A stretch of 64,000 bases of DNA from Auanema rhodensis (taxonomy: Eukaryota > Animalia > Nematoda), in assembly GCA_964057225.1 (NCBI GenBank), contig OZ059899.1:18786001-18850000 (forward strand), in the 5' to 3' direction. Every line of letters begins with the position of its first letter. Position 1 is the stretch's first letter. A model generated the notes under the pieces. It saw nothing but the letters and a program-made list of their open reading frames with translations. It ran no database searches and was not told the DNA's origin. Both the position numbers and the translations under genes were made by a program. Below are positions 24,179 to 38,000 of the stretch, piece by piece.

Positions 24179-27100
24179 TTGAAAAATGATGCATTAGTGT
24201 ATGTTGAGTTTCCATGTACACTCAACATTGCTTCCAAAAACATTTTTACAAAAATTTTTCCGAAAAATTTCGAAACATTTTCGCAAAAAGTAGATGTTTT
24301 TAGATTCCTTTTTTCAAGGCAAAGACGATGGACAATGTTATTCAACGAAAAAATTAATTCTGCTGGGTGAAAATCGAGGATGTAAGTGTGAACTTATATC
24401 AGTTGATATCTCGGTGCATTTTTAAGCTAGCGCAAATCTGATAACACAGATCGACGCAGCTTAAAAAGCCACATCGAATGCACTATACAACATTGAGAAA
24501 CGCTTAATACAAAAATTAGTTATGATCGTTTGAAAAATGATGCATTAGTGTATGTTGAGTTTCCATGTACACTCAACATTGCTTCCAAAAACATTTTTAC
24601 AAAAATTTTTCCGAAAAATTTCGAAACAATTTCGCAAAAAGTAGATGTTTTTAGATTCCTTCTTTCAAGGCAAAGACGATGGACATTGTTATTCAACGAA
24701 AAAATTAATTCTGCAGGGTGAAAATCGAGGATATAAGTGTGAACTTATATCAGTTGATATCTCGGTGCATTTTTAAGCTAGCGCAAATCTGATAACACAG
24801 ATCGACGCAGCTTAAAAATCCGCATCGAATGCACTATACAACATTGAGAAACGCTTAATACAAAAATTAGTTATGATCGTTTGAAAAATGATGCATTAGT
24901 GTATGTTGAGTTTCCATGTACACTCAACATTGCTTCCAAAAACATTTTGACAAAAATTTTTCCGAAAAATTTCAAAATAATTTTGCAAAAAGTAGATGTT
25001 TTTAGATTCCTTTTTTCAAGGCAAAGACGATGGACAATGTTATTCAACGAAAAAATTAATTCTCCAGGGTGAAAATCGAGGATGTAAGTGTGAACTTATA
25101 TCAGTTGATATCTCGGAGCATTTTTAAGCTAGCGCAAATCTGATAAAACAGATCGACGCAGCTTAAAAATCCGCATCGAATGCACTATACAACATTGAGA
25201 AACGCTTAATACAAAAATTAGTTATGATCGTTTGAAAAATGATGCATTAGTGTATGTTGAGTTTCCATGTACACTCAACATTGCTTCCAAAAACATTTTG
25301 ACAAAAATTTTTCCGAAAAATTTCAAAATAATTTTGCAAAAAGTAGATGTTTTTAGATTCCTTTTTTCAAGGCAAAGACGATGGACAATGTTATTCAACG
25401 AAAAAATTAATTCTCCAGGGTGAAAATCGAGGATGTAAGTGTGAACTTATATCAGTTGATATCTCGGTGCATTTTTAAGCTAGCGCAAATCTGATAACAC
25501 AGATCGACGCAGCTTAAAAATCCGCATCGAATGCACTAAACAACATTGAGAAACGCTTAATACAAAAATTAGTTATGATCGTTTGAAAAATGATGCATTA
25601 GTGTATGTTGAGTTTCCATGTACACTCAACATTGCTTCCAAAAACATTTTTACAAAAATTTTTCCGAAAAATTTCGAAACAATTTCGCAAAAAGTAGATG
25701 TTTTTAGATTCCCTCTTTCAAGGCAAAGACGATGGACATTGTTATTCAACGAAAAAATTAATTCTGCAGGGTGAAAATCGAGGATATAAGTGTGAACTTA
25801 TATCAGTTGATATCTCGGTGCATTTTTAAGCTAGCGCAAATCTGATAACACAGATCGACGCAGCTTAAAAATCCGCATCGAATGCACTAAACAACATTGA
25901 GAAACGCTTAATACAAAAATTAGTTATGATCGTTTGAAAAATGATGCATTAGTGTATGTTGAGTTTCCATGTACACTCAACATTGCTTCCAAAAACATTT
26001 TTACAAAAATTTTTCCGAAAAATTTCGAAACAATTTCGCAAAAAGTAGATGTTTTTAGATTCCCTCTTTCAAGGCAAAGACGATGGACATTGTTATTCAA
26101 CGAAAAAATTAATTCTGCAGGGTGAAAATCGAGGATATAAGTGTGAACTTATATCAGTTGATATCTCGGTGCATTTTTAAGCTAGCGCAAATCTGATAAC
26201 ACAGATCGACGCAGCTTAAAAATCCGCATCGAATGCACTAAACAACATTGAGAAACGCTTAATACAAAAATTAGTTATGATCGTTTGAAAAATGATGCAT
26301 TAGTGTATGTTGAGTTTCCATGTACACTCAACATTGCTTCCAAAAACATTTTTACAAAAATTTTTCCGGAAAATTTCGAAACAATTTCGCAAAAAGTAGA
26401 TGTTTTTAGATTCCTTTTTTCAAGGCAAAGACGATGGACAATGTTATTCAACGAAAAAATTAATTCTGCAGGGTGAAAATCGAGGATATAAGTGTGAACT
26501 TATATCAGTTGATATCTCGGTGCATTTTTAAGCTAGCGCAAATCTGATAACACAGATCGACGCAGCTTAAAAAGCCGCATCGAATGCACTATACAACATT
26601 GAGAAACGCTTAATACAAAAATTAGTTATGATCGTTTGAAAAATGATGCATTAGTGTATGTTGAGTTTCCATGTACACTCAACATTGCTTCCAAAAACAT
26701 TTTTACAAAAATTTTTCCGAAAAATTTCGAAACATTTTCGCAAAAAGTAGATGTTTTTAGATTCCTTTTTTCAAGGCAAAGACGATGGACATTGTTATTC
26801 AACGAAAAAAATTAATTCTGCAGGGTGAAAATCGAGGATATAAGTGTGAACTTATATCAGTTGATATCTCGGTGCATTTTTAAGCTAGCGCAAATCTGAT
26901 AACACAGATCGACGCAGCTTAAAAATCCGCATCGAATGCACTATAGAACATTGAGAAACGCTTAATACAAAAATTAGTTATGATCGTTTGAAAAATGATG
27001 CATTAGTGTATGTTGAGTTTCCATGTACACTCAACATTGCTTCCAAAAACATTTTGACAAAAATTTTTCCGAAAAATTTCAAAATAATTTCGCAAAAAGT

Positions 27101-29093
27101 AGATGTTTTTAAATTCCTTTTTTCAAGGCAAAAACGATGGACAATGTTATTCAACGAAAAAATTAATTCTCCAGGGTGAAAATCGAGGATGTAAGTGTGA
27201 ACTTATATCAGTTGATATCTCGGTGCATTTTCAAGCTAGCGCAAATCTGATAACACAGATCGACGCAGCTTAAAAATCCGCATCGAATGCACTATACAAC
27301 ATTGAGAAACGCTTAATACAAAAATTAGTTATGATCGTTTGAAAAATGATGCATTAGTGTATGTTGAGTTTCCATGTACACTCAACATTGCTTCCAAAAA
27401 CATTTTTACAAAAATTTTTCCGAAAAATTTCGAAACAATTTCGCAAAAAGTAGATGTTTTTAGATTCCTTTTTTCAAGGCAAAGACGATGGACAATGTTA
27501 TTCAACGAACAAATTAATTCTCCAGGGTGAAAATCGAGGATATAAGTGTGAACTTATATCAGTTGATATCTCGGTGCATTTTTAAGCTAGCGCAAATCTG
27601 ATAACACAGATCGACGCAGCTTAAAAATCCGCATCGAATGCACTATACAACATTGAGAAACGCTTAATACAAAAATTAGTTATGATCGTTTGAAAAATGA
27701 TGCATTAGTGTATGTTGAGTTTCCATGTACACTCAACATTGCTTCCAAAAACATTTTTACAAAAATTTTTCCGGAAAATTTCGAAACAATTTCGCAAAAA
27801 GTAGATGTTTTTAGATTCCTTTTTTCAAGGCAAAGACGATGGACAATGTTATTCAACGAAAAAATTAATTCTGCAGGGTGAAAATCGAGGATATAAGTGT
27901 GAACTTATATCAGTTGATATCTCGGTGCATTTTTAAGCTAGCGCAAATCTGATAACACAGATCGACGCAGCTTAAAAAGCCGCATCGAATGCACTATACA
28001 ACATTGAGAAACGCTTAATACAAAAATTAGTTATGATCGTTTGAAAAATGATGCATTAGTGTATGTTGAGTTTCCATGTACACTCAACATTGCTTCCAAA
28101 AACATTTTTACAAAAATTTTTCCGAAAAATTTCGAAACATTTTCGCAAAAAGTAGATGTTTTTAGATTCCTTTTTTCAAGGCAAAGACGATGGACATTGT
28201 TATTCAACGAAAAAATTAATTCTGCAGGGTGAAAATCGAGGATATAAGTGTGAACTTATATCAGTTGATATCTCGGTGCATTTTTAAGCTAGCGCAAATC
28301 TGATAACACAGATCGTCGCAGCTTAAAAATCCGCATCGAATGCACTATACAACATTGAGAAACGCTTAATACAAAAATTAGTTATGATCGTTTGAAAAAT
28401 GATGCATTAGTGTATGTTGAGTTTCCATGTACACTCAACATTGCTTCCAAAAACATTTTGACAAAAATTTTTCCGAAAAATTTCAAAATAGTTTCGCAAA
28501 AAGTAGATGTTTTTAAATTCCTTTTTTCAAGGCAAAAACGATGGACAATGTTATTCAACGAAAAAATTAATTCTCCAGGGTGAAAATCGAGGATGTAAGT
28601 GTGAACTTATATCAGTTGATATCTCGGTGCATTTTCAAGCTAGCGCAAATCTGATAACACAGATCGACGCAGCTTAAAAATCCGCATCGAATGCACTAAA
28701 CAACATTGAGAAACGCTTAATACAAAAATTAGTTATGATCGTTTGAAAAATGATGCATTAGTGTATGTTGAGTTTCCATGTACACTCAACATTGCTTCCA
28801 AAAACATTTTGACAAAAATTTTTCCGAAAAATTTCAAAATAATTTTGCAAAAAGTAGATGTTTTTAGATTCCTTTTTTCAAGGCAAAGACGATGGACAAT
28901 GTTATTCAACGAAAAAATTAATTCTCCAGGGTGAAAATCGAGGATGTAAGTGTGAACTTATATCAGTTGATATCTCGGTGCATTTTTAAGCTAGCGCAAA
29001 TCTGATAAAACAGATCGACGCAGCTTAAAAATCCGCATCGAATGCACTATACAACATTGAGAAACGCTTAATACAAAAATTAGTTATGATCGT

Positions 29094-32000
29094 TTGAAAA
29101 ATGATGCATTAGTGTATGTTGAGTTTCCATGTACACTCAACATTGCTTCCAAAAACATTTTGACAAAAATTTTTCCGAAAAATTTCAAAATAATTTTGCA
29201 AAAAGTAGATGTTTTTAGATTCCTTTTTTCAAGGCAAAGACGATGGACAATGTTATTCAACGAAAAAATTAATTCTCCAGGGTGAAAATCGAGGATGTAA
29301 GTGTGAACTTATATCAGTTGATATCTCGGTGCATTTTTAAGCTAGCGCAAATCTGATAACACAGATCGACGCAGCTTAAAAATCCGCATCGAATGCACTA
29401 AACAACATTGAGAAACGCTTAATACAAAAATTAGTTATGATCGTTTGAAAAATGATGCATTAGTGTATGTTGAGTTTCCATGTACACTTAACATTGCTTC
29501 CAAAAACATTTTTACAAAAATTTTTCCGGAAAATTTCGAAACAATTTCGCAAAAAGTAGATGTTTTTAGATTCCTTTTTTCAAGGCAAAGACGATGGACA
29601 ATGTTATTCAACGAAAAAATTAATTCTGCAGGGTGAAAATCGAGGATATAAGTGTGAACTTATATCAGTTGATATCTCGGTGCATTTTTAAGCTAGCGCA
29701 AATCTGATAAAACAGATCGACGCAGCTTAAAAATCCGCATCGAATGCACTATACAACATTGAGAAACGCTTAATACAAAAATTAGTTATGATCGTTTGAA
29801 AAATGATGCATTAGTGTATGTTGAGTTTCCATGTACACTCAACATTGCTTCCAAAAACATTTTTACAAAAATTTTTCCGAAAAATTTCGAAACATTTTCG
29901 CAAAAAGTAGATGTTTTTAGATTCCTTTTTTCAAGGCAAAGACGATGGACATTGTTATTCAACGAAAAAATTAATTCTGCAGGGTGAAAATCGAGGATAT
30001 AAGTGTGAACTTATATCAGTTGATATCTCGGTGCATTTTTAAGCTAGCGCAAATCTGATAACACAGATCGTCGCAGCTTAAAAATCCGCATCGAATGCAC
30101 TATACAACATTGAGAAACGCTTAATACAAAAATTAGTTATGATCGTTTGAAAAATGATGCATTAGTGTATGTTGAGTTTCCATGTACACTCAACATTGCT
30201 TCCAAAAACATTTTGACAAAAATTTTTCCGAAAAATTTCAAAATAATTTCGCAAAAAGTAGATGTTTTTAAATTCCTTTTTTCAAGGCAAAAACGATGGA
30301 CAATGTTATTCAACGAAAAAATTAATTCTCCAGGGTGAAAATCGAGGATGTAAGTGTGAACTTATATCAGTTGATATCTCGGTGCATTTTCAAGCTAGCG
30401 CAAATCTGATAACACAGATCGACGCAGCTTAAAAATCCGCATCGAATGCACTAAACAACATTGAGAAACGCTTAATACAAAAATTAGTTATGATCGTTTG
30501 AAAAATGATGCATTAGTGTATGTTGAGTTTCCATGTACACTCAACATTGCTTCCAAAAACATTTTGACAAAAATTTTTCCGAAAAATTTCAAAATAATTT
30601 TGCAAAAAGTAGATGTTTTTAGATTCCTTTTTTCAAGGCAAAGACGATGGACAATGTTATTCAACGAAAAAATTAATTCTCCAGGGTGAAAATCGAGGAT
30701 GTAAGTGTGAACTTATATCAGTTGATATCTCGGTGCATTTTTAAGCTAGCGCAAATCTGATAAAACAGATCGACGCAGCTTAAAAATCCGCATCGAATGC
30801 ACTATACAACATTGAGAAACGCTTAATACAAAAATTAGTTATGATCGTTTGAAAAATGATGCATTAGTGTATGTTGAGTTTCCATGTACACTCAACATTG
30901 CTTCCAAAAACATTTTGACAAAAATTTTTCCGAAAAATTTCAAAATAATTTTGCAAAAAGTAGATGTTTTTAGATTCCTTTTTTCAAGGCAAAGACGATG
31001 GACAATGTTATTCAACGAAAAAATTAATTCTCCAGGGTGAAAATCGAGGATGTAAGTGTGAACTTATATCAGTTGATATCTCGGTGCATTTTTAAGCTAG
31101 CGCAAATCTGATAACACAGATCGACGCAGCTTAAAAATCCGCATCGAATGCACTAAACAACATTGAGAAACGCTTAATACAAAAATTAGTTATGATCGTT
31201 TGAAAAATGATGCATTAGTGTATGTTGAGTTTCCATGTACACTTAACATTGCTTCCAAAAACATTTTTACAAAAATTTTTCCGGAAAATTTCGAAACAAT
31301 TTCGCAAAAAGTAGATGTTTTTAGATTCCTTTTTTCAAGGCAAAGACGATGGACAATGTTATTCAACGAAAAAATTAATTCTGCAGGGTGAAAATCGAGG
31401 ATATAAGTGTGAACTTATATCAGTTGATATCTCGGTGCATTTTTAAGCTAGCGCAAATCTGATAACACAGATCGACGCAGCTTAAAAAGCCGCATCGAAT
31501 GCACTATACAACATTGAGAAACGCTTAATACAAAAATTAGTTATGATCGTTTGAAAAATAATGCATTAGTGTATGTTGAGTTTCCATGTACACTCAACAT
31601 TGCTTCCAAAAACATTTTTACAAAAATTTTTCCGAAAAATTTCGGAACATTTTCGCAAAAAGTAGATGTTTTTAGATTCCTTTTTTCAAGGCAAAGACGA
31701 TGGACATTGTTATTCAACGGAAAAATTAATTCTGCAGGGTGAAAATCGAGGATATAAGTGTGAACTTATATCAGTTGATATCTCGGTGCATTTTTAAGCT
31801 AGCGCAAATCTGATAACACAGATCGACGCAGCTTAAAAATCCGCATCGAATGCACTATACAACATTGAGAAACGCTTAATACAAAAATTAGTTATGATCG
31901 TTTGAAAAATGATGCATTAGTGTATGTTGAGTTTCCATGTACACTCAACATTGCTTCCAAAAACATTTTGACAAAAATTTTTCCGAAAAATTTCAAAATA

Positions 32001-35000
32001 ATTTCGCAAAAAGTAGATGTTTTTAAATTCCTTTTTTCAAGGCAAAAACGATGGACAATGTTATTCAACGAAAAAATTAATTCTCCAGGGTGAAAATCGA
32101 GGATGTAAGTGTGAACTTATATCAGTTGATATCTCGGTGCATTTTCAAGCTAGCGCAAATCTGATAACACAGATCGACGCAGCTTAAAAAGCCGCATCGA
32201 ATGCACTATACAACATTGAGAAACGCTTAATACGAAAATTAGTTATGATCGTTTGAAAAATGATGCATTAGTGTATGTTGAGTTTCCATGTACACTCAAC
32301 ATTGCTTCCAAAAACATTTTTACAAAAATTTTTCCGAAAAATTTCGAAACATTTTCGCAAAAAGTAGATGTTTTTAGATTCCTTTTTTCAAGGCAAAGAC
32401 GATGGACAATGTTATTCAATGAAAAAATTAATTCTGCAGGGTGAAAATCGAGGATATAAGTGTGAACTTATATCAGTTGATATCTCGGTGCATTTTTAAG
32501 CTAGCGCAAATCTGATAACACAGATCGTCGCAGCTTAAAAATCCGCATCGAATGCACTATACAACATTGAGAAACGCTTAATACAAAAATTAGTTATGAT
32601 CGTTTGAAAAATGATGCATTAGTGTATGTTGAGTTTCCATGTACACTCAACATTGCTTCCAAAAACATTTTGACAAAAATTTTTCCGAAAAATTTCAAAA
32701 TAATTTCGCAAAAAGTAGATGTTTTTAAATTCCTTTTTTCAAGGCAAAAACGATGGACAATGTTATTCAACGAAAAAATTAATTCTCCAGGGTGAAAATC
32801 GAGGATGTAAGTGTGAACTTATATCAGTTGATATCTCGGTGCATTTTTAAGCTAGCGCAAATCTGATAACACAGATCGACGCAGCTTAAAAATCCGCATC
32901 GAATGCACTAAACAACATTGAGAAACGCTTAATACAAAAATTAGTTATGATCGTTTGAAAAATGATGCATTAGTGTATGTTGAGTTTCCATGTACACTCA
33001 ACATTGCTTCCAAAAACATTTTGACAAAAATTTTTCCGAAAAATTTCAGAATAATTTTGCAAAAAGTAGATGTTTTTAGATTCCTTTTTTCAAGGCAAAG
33101 ACGATGGACAATGTTATTCAACGAAAAAATTAATTCTCCAGGGTGAAAATCGAGGATGTAAGTGTGAACTTATATCAGTTGATATCTCGGTGCATTTTTA
33201 AGCTAGCGCAAATCTGATAACACAGATCGACGCAGCTTAAAAATCCGCATCGAATGCACTAAACAACATTGAGAAACGCTTAATACAAAAATTAGTTATG
33301 ATCGTTTGAAAAATGATGCATTAGTGTATGTTGAGTTTCCATGTACACTCAACATTGCTTCCAAAAACATTTTTACAAAAATTTTTCCGGAAAATTTCGA
33401 AACAATTTCGCAAAAAGTAGATGTTTTTAGATTCCTTTTTTCAAGGCAAAGACGATGGACAATGTTATTCAACGAAAAAATTAATTCTGCAGGGTGAAAA
33501 TCGAGGATATAAGTGTGAACTTATATCAGTTGATATCTCGGTGCATTTTTAAGCTAGCGCAAATCTGATAACACAGATCGACGCAGCTTAAAAAGCCGCA
33601 TCGAATGCACTATACAACATTGAGAAACGCTTAATACAAAAATTAGTTATGATCGTTTGAAAAATGATGCATTAGTGTATGTTGAGTTTCCATGTACACT
33701 CAACATTGCTTCCAAAAACATTTTGACAAAAATTTTTCCGAAAAATTTCAAAATAATTTCGCAAAAAGTAGATGTTTTTAAATTCCTTTTTTCAAGGCAA
33801 AAACGATGGACAATGTTATTCAACGAAAAAATTAATTCTCCAGGGTGAAAATCGAGGATGTAAGTGTGAACTTATATCAGTTGATATCTCGGTGCATTTT
33901 CAAGCTAGCGCAAATCTGATAACACAGATCGACGCAGCTTAAAAATCCGCATCGAATGCACTATACAACATTGAGAAACGCTTAATACAAAAATTAGTTA
34001 TGATCGTTTGAAAAATGATGCATTAGTGTATGTTGAGTTTCCATGTACACTCAACATTGCTTCCAAAAACATTTTGACAAAAATTTTTCCGAAAAATTTC
34101 AAAATAATTTTGCAAAAAGTAGATGTTTTTAGATTCCTTTTTTCAAGGCAAAGACGATGGACAATGTTATTCAACGAAAAAATTAATTCTCCAGGGTGAA
34201 AATCGAGGATGTAAGTGTGAACTTATATCAGTTGATATCTCGGTGCATTTTTAAGCTAGCGCAAATCTGATAAAACAGATCGACGCAGCTTAAAAATCCG
34301 CATCGAATGCACTATACAACATTGAGAAACGCTTAATACAAAAATTAGTTATGATCGTTTGAAAAATGATGCATTAGTGTATGTTGAGTTTCCATGTACA
34401 CTCAACATTGCTTCCAAAAACATTTTGACAAAAATTTTTCCGAAAAATTTCAAAATAATTTTGCAAAAAGTAGATGTTTTTAGATTCCTTTTTTCAAGGC
34501 AAAGACGATGGACAATGTTATTCAACGAAAAAATTAATTCTCCAGGGTGAAAATCGAGGATGTAAGTGTGAACTTATATCAGTTGATATCTCGGTGCATT
34601 TTTAAGCTAGCGCAAATCTGATAAAACAGATCGACGCAGCTTAAAAATCCGCATCGAATGCACTATACAACATTGAGAAACGCTTAATACAAAAATTAGT
34701 TATGATCGTTTGAAAAATGATGCATTAGTGTATGTTGAGTTTCCATGTACACTCAACATTGCTTCCAAAAACATTTTGACAAAAATTTTTCCGAAAAATT
34801 TCAAAATAATTTTGCAAAAAGTAGATGTTTTTAGATTCCTTTTTTCAAGGCAAAGACGATGGACAATGTTATTCAACGAAAAAATTAATTCTCCAGGGTG
34901 AAAATCGAGGATGTAAGTGTGAACTTATATCAGTTGATATCTCGGTGCATTTTTAAGCTAGCGCAAATCTGATAACACAGATCGACGCAGCTTAAAAATC

Positions 35001-38000
35001 CGCATCGAATGCACTAAACAACATTGAGAAACGCTTAATACAAAAATTAGTTATGATCGTTTGAAAAATGATGCATTAGTGTATGTTGAGTTTCCATGTA
35101 CACTTAACATTGCTTCCAAAAACATTTTTACAAAAATTTTTCCGGAAAATTTCGAAACAATTTCGCAAAAAGTAGATGTTTTTAGATTCCTTTTTTCAAG
35201 GCAAAGACGATGGACAATGTTATTCAACGAAAAAATTAATTCTGCAGGGTGAAAATCGAGGATATAAGTGTGAACTTATATCAGTTGATATCTCGGTGCA
35301 TTTTTAAGCTAGCGCAAATCTGATAACACAGATCGACGCAGCTTAAAAAGCCGCATCGAATGCACTATACAACATTGAGAAACGCTTAATACAAAAATTA
35401 GTTATGATCGTTTGAAAAATAATGCATTAGTGTATGTTGAGTTTCCATGTACACTCAACATTGCTTCCAAAAACATTTTTACAAAAATTTTTCCGAAAAA
35501 TTTCGGAACATTTTCGCAAAAAGTAGATGTTTTTAGATTCCTTTTTTCAAGGCAAAGACGATGGACATTGTTATTCAACGGAAAAATTAATTCTGCAGGG
35601 TGAAAATCGAGGATATAAGTGTGAACTTATATCAGTTGATATCTCGGTGCATTTTTAAGCTAGCGCAAATCTGATAACACAGATCGACGCAGCTTAAAAA
35701 TCCGCATCGAATGCACTATACAACATTGAGAAACGCTTAATACAAAAATTAGTTATGATCGTTTGAAAAATGATGCATTAGTGTATGTTGAGTTTCCATG
35801 TACACTCAACATTGCTTCCAAAAACATTTTGACAAAAATTTTTCCGAAAAATTTCAAAATAATTTCGCAAAAAGTAGATGTTTTTAAATTCCTTTTTTCA
35901 AGGCAAAAACGATGGACAATGTTATTCAACGAAAAAATTAATTCTCCAGGGTGAAAATCGAGGATGTAAGTGTGAACTTATATCAGTTGATATCTCGGTG
36001 CATTTTCAAGCTAGCGCAAATCTGATAACACAGATCGACGCAGCTTAAAAAGCCGCATCGAATGCACTATACAACATTGAGAAACGCTTAATACGAAAAT
36101 TAGTTATGATCGTTTGAAAAATGATGCATTAGTGTATGTTGAGTTTCCATGTACACTCAACATTGCTTCCAAAAACATTTTTACAAAAATTTTTCCGAAA
36201 AATTTCGAAACATTTTCGCAAAAAGTAGATGTTTTTAGATTCCTTTTTTCAAGGCAAAGACGATGGACAATGTTATTCAATGAAAAAATTAATTCTGCAG
36301 GGTGAAAATCGAGGATATAAGTGTGAACTTATATCAGTTGATATCTCGGTGCATTTTTAAGCTAGCGCAAATCTGATAACACAGATCGTCGCAGCTTAAA
36401 AATCCGCATCGAATGCACTATACAACATTGAGAAACGCTTAATACAAAAATTAGTTATGATCGTTTGAAAAATGATGCATTAGTGTATGTTGAGTTTCCA
36501 TGTACACTCAACATTGCTTCCAAAAACATTTTGACAAAAATTTTTCCGAAAAATTTCAAAATAATTTCGCAAAAAGTAGATGTTTTTAAATTCCTTTTTT
36601 CAAGGCAAAAACGATGGACAATGTTATTCAACGAAAAAATTAATTCTCCAGGGTGAAAATCGAGGATGTAAGTGTGAACTTATATCAGTTGATATCTCGG
36701 TGCATTTTTAAGCTAGCGCAAATCTGATAACACAGATCGACGCAGCTTAAAAATCCGCATCGAATGCACTAAACAACATTGAGAAACGCTTAATACAAAA
36801 ATTAGTTATGATCGTTTGAAAAATGATGCATTAGTGTATGTTGAGTTTCCATGTACACTCAACATTGCTTCCAAAAACATTTTGACAAAAATTTTTCCGA
36901 AAAATTTCAGAATAATTTTGCAAAAAGTAGATGTTTTTAGATTCCTTTTTTCAAGGCAAAGACGATGGACAATGTTATTCAACGAAAAAATTAATTCTCC
37001 AGGGTGAAAATCGAGGATGTAAGTGTGAACTTATATCAGTTGATATCTCGGTGCATTTTTAAGCTAGCGCAAATCTGATAACACAGATCGACGCAGCTTA
37101 AAAATCCGCATCGAATGCACTAAACAACATTGAGAAACGCTTAATACAAAAATTAGTTATGATCGTTTGAAAAATGATGCATTAGTGTATGTTGAGTTTC
37201 CATGTACACTCAACATTGCTTCCAAAAACATTTTTACAAAAATTTTTCCGGAAAATTTCGAAACAATTTCGCAAAAAGTAGATGTTTTTAGATTCCTTTT
37301 TTCAAGGCAAAGACGATGGACAATGTTATTCAACGAAAAAATTAATTCTGCAGGGTGAAAATCGAGGATATAAGTGTGAACTTATATCAGTTGATATCTC
37401 GGTGCATTTTTAAGCTAGCGCAAATCTGATAACACAGATCGACGCAGCTTAAAAAGCCGCATCGAATGCACTATACAACATTGAGAAACGCTTAATACAA
37501 AAATTAGTTATGATCGTTTGAAAAATGATGCATTAGTGTATGTTGAGTTTCCATGTACACTCAACATTGCTTCCAAAAACATTTTGACAAAAATTTTTCC
37601 GAAAAATTTCAAAATAATTTCGCAAAAAGTAGATGTTTTTAAATTCCTTTTTTCAAGGCAAAAACGATGGACAATGTTATTCAACGAAAAAATTAATTCT
37701 CCAGGGTGAAAATCGAGGATGTAAGTGTGAACTTATATCAGTTGATATCTCGGTGCATTTTCAAGCTAGCGCAAATCTGATAACACAGATCGACGCAGCT
37801 TAAAAATCCGCATCGAATGCACTATACAACATTGAGAAACGCTTAATACAAAAATTAGTTATGATCGTTTGAAAAATGATGCATTAGTGTATGTTGAGTT
37901 TCCATGTACACTCAACATTGCTTCCAAAAACATTTTTACAAAAATTTTTCCGGAAAATTTCGAAACAATTTCGCAAAAAGTAGATGTTTTTAGATTCCTT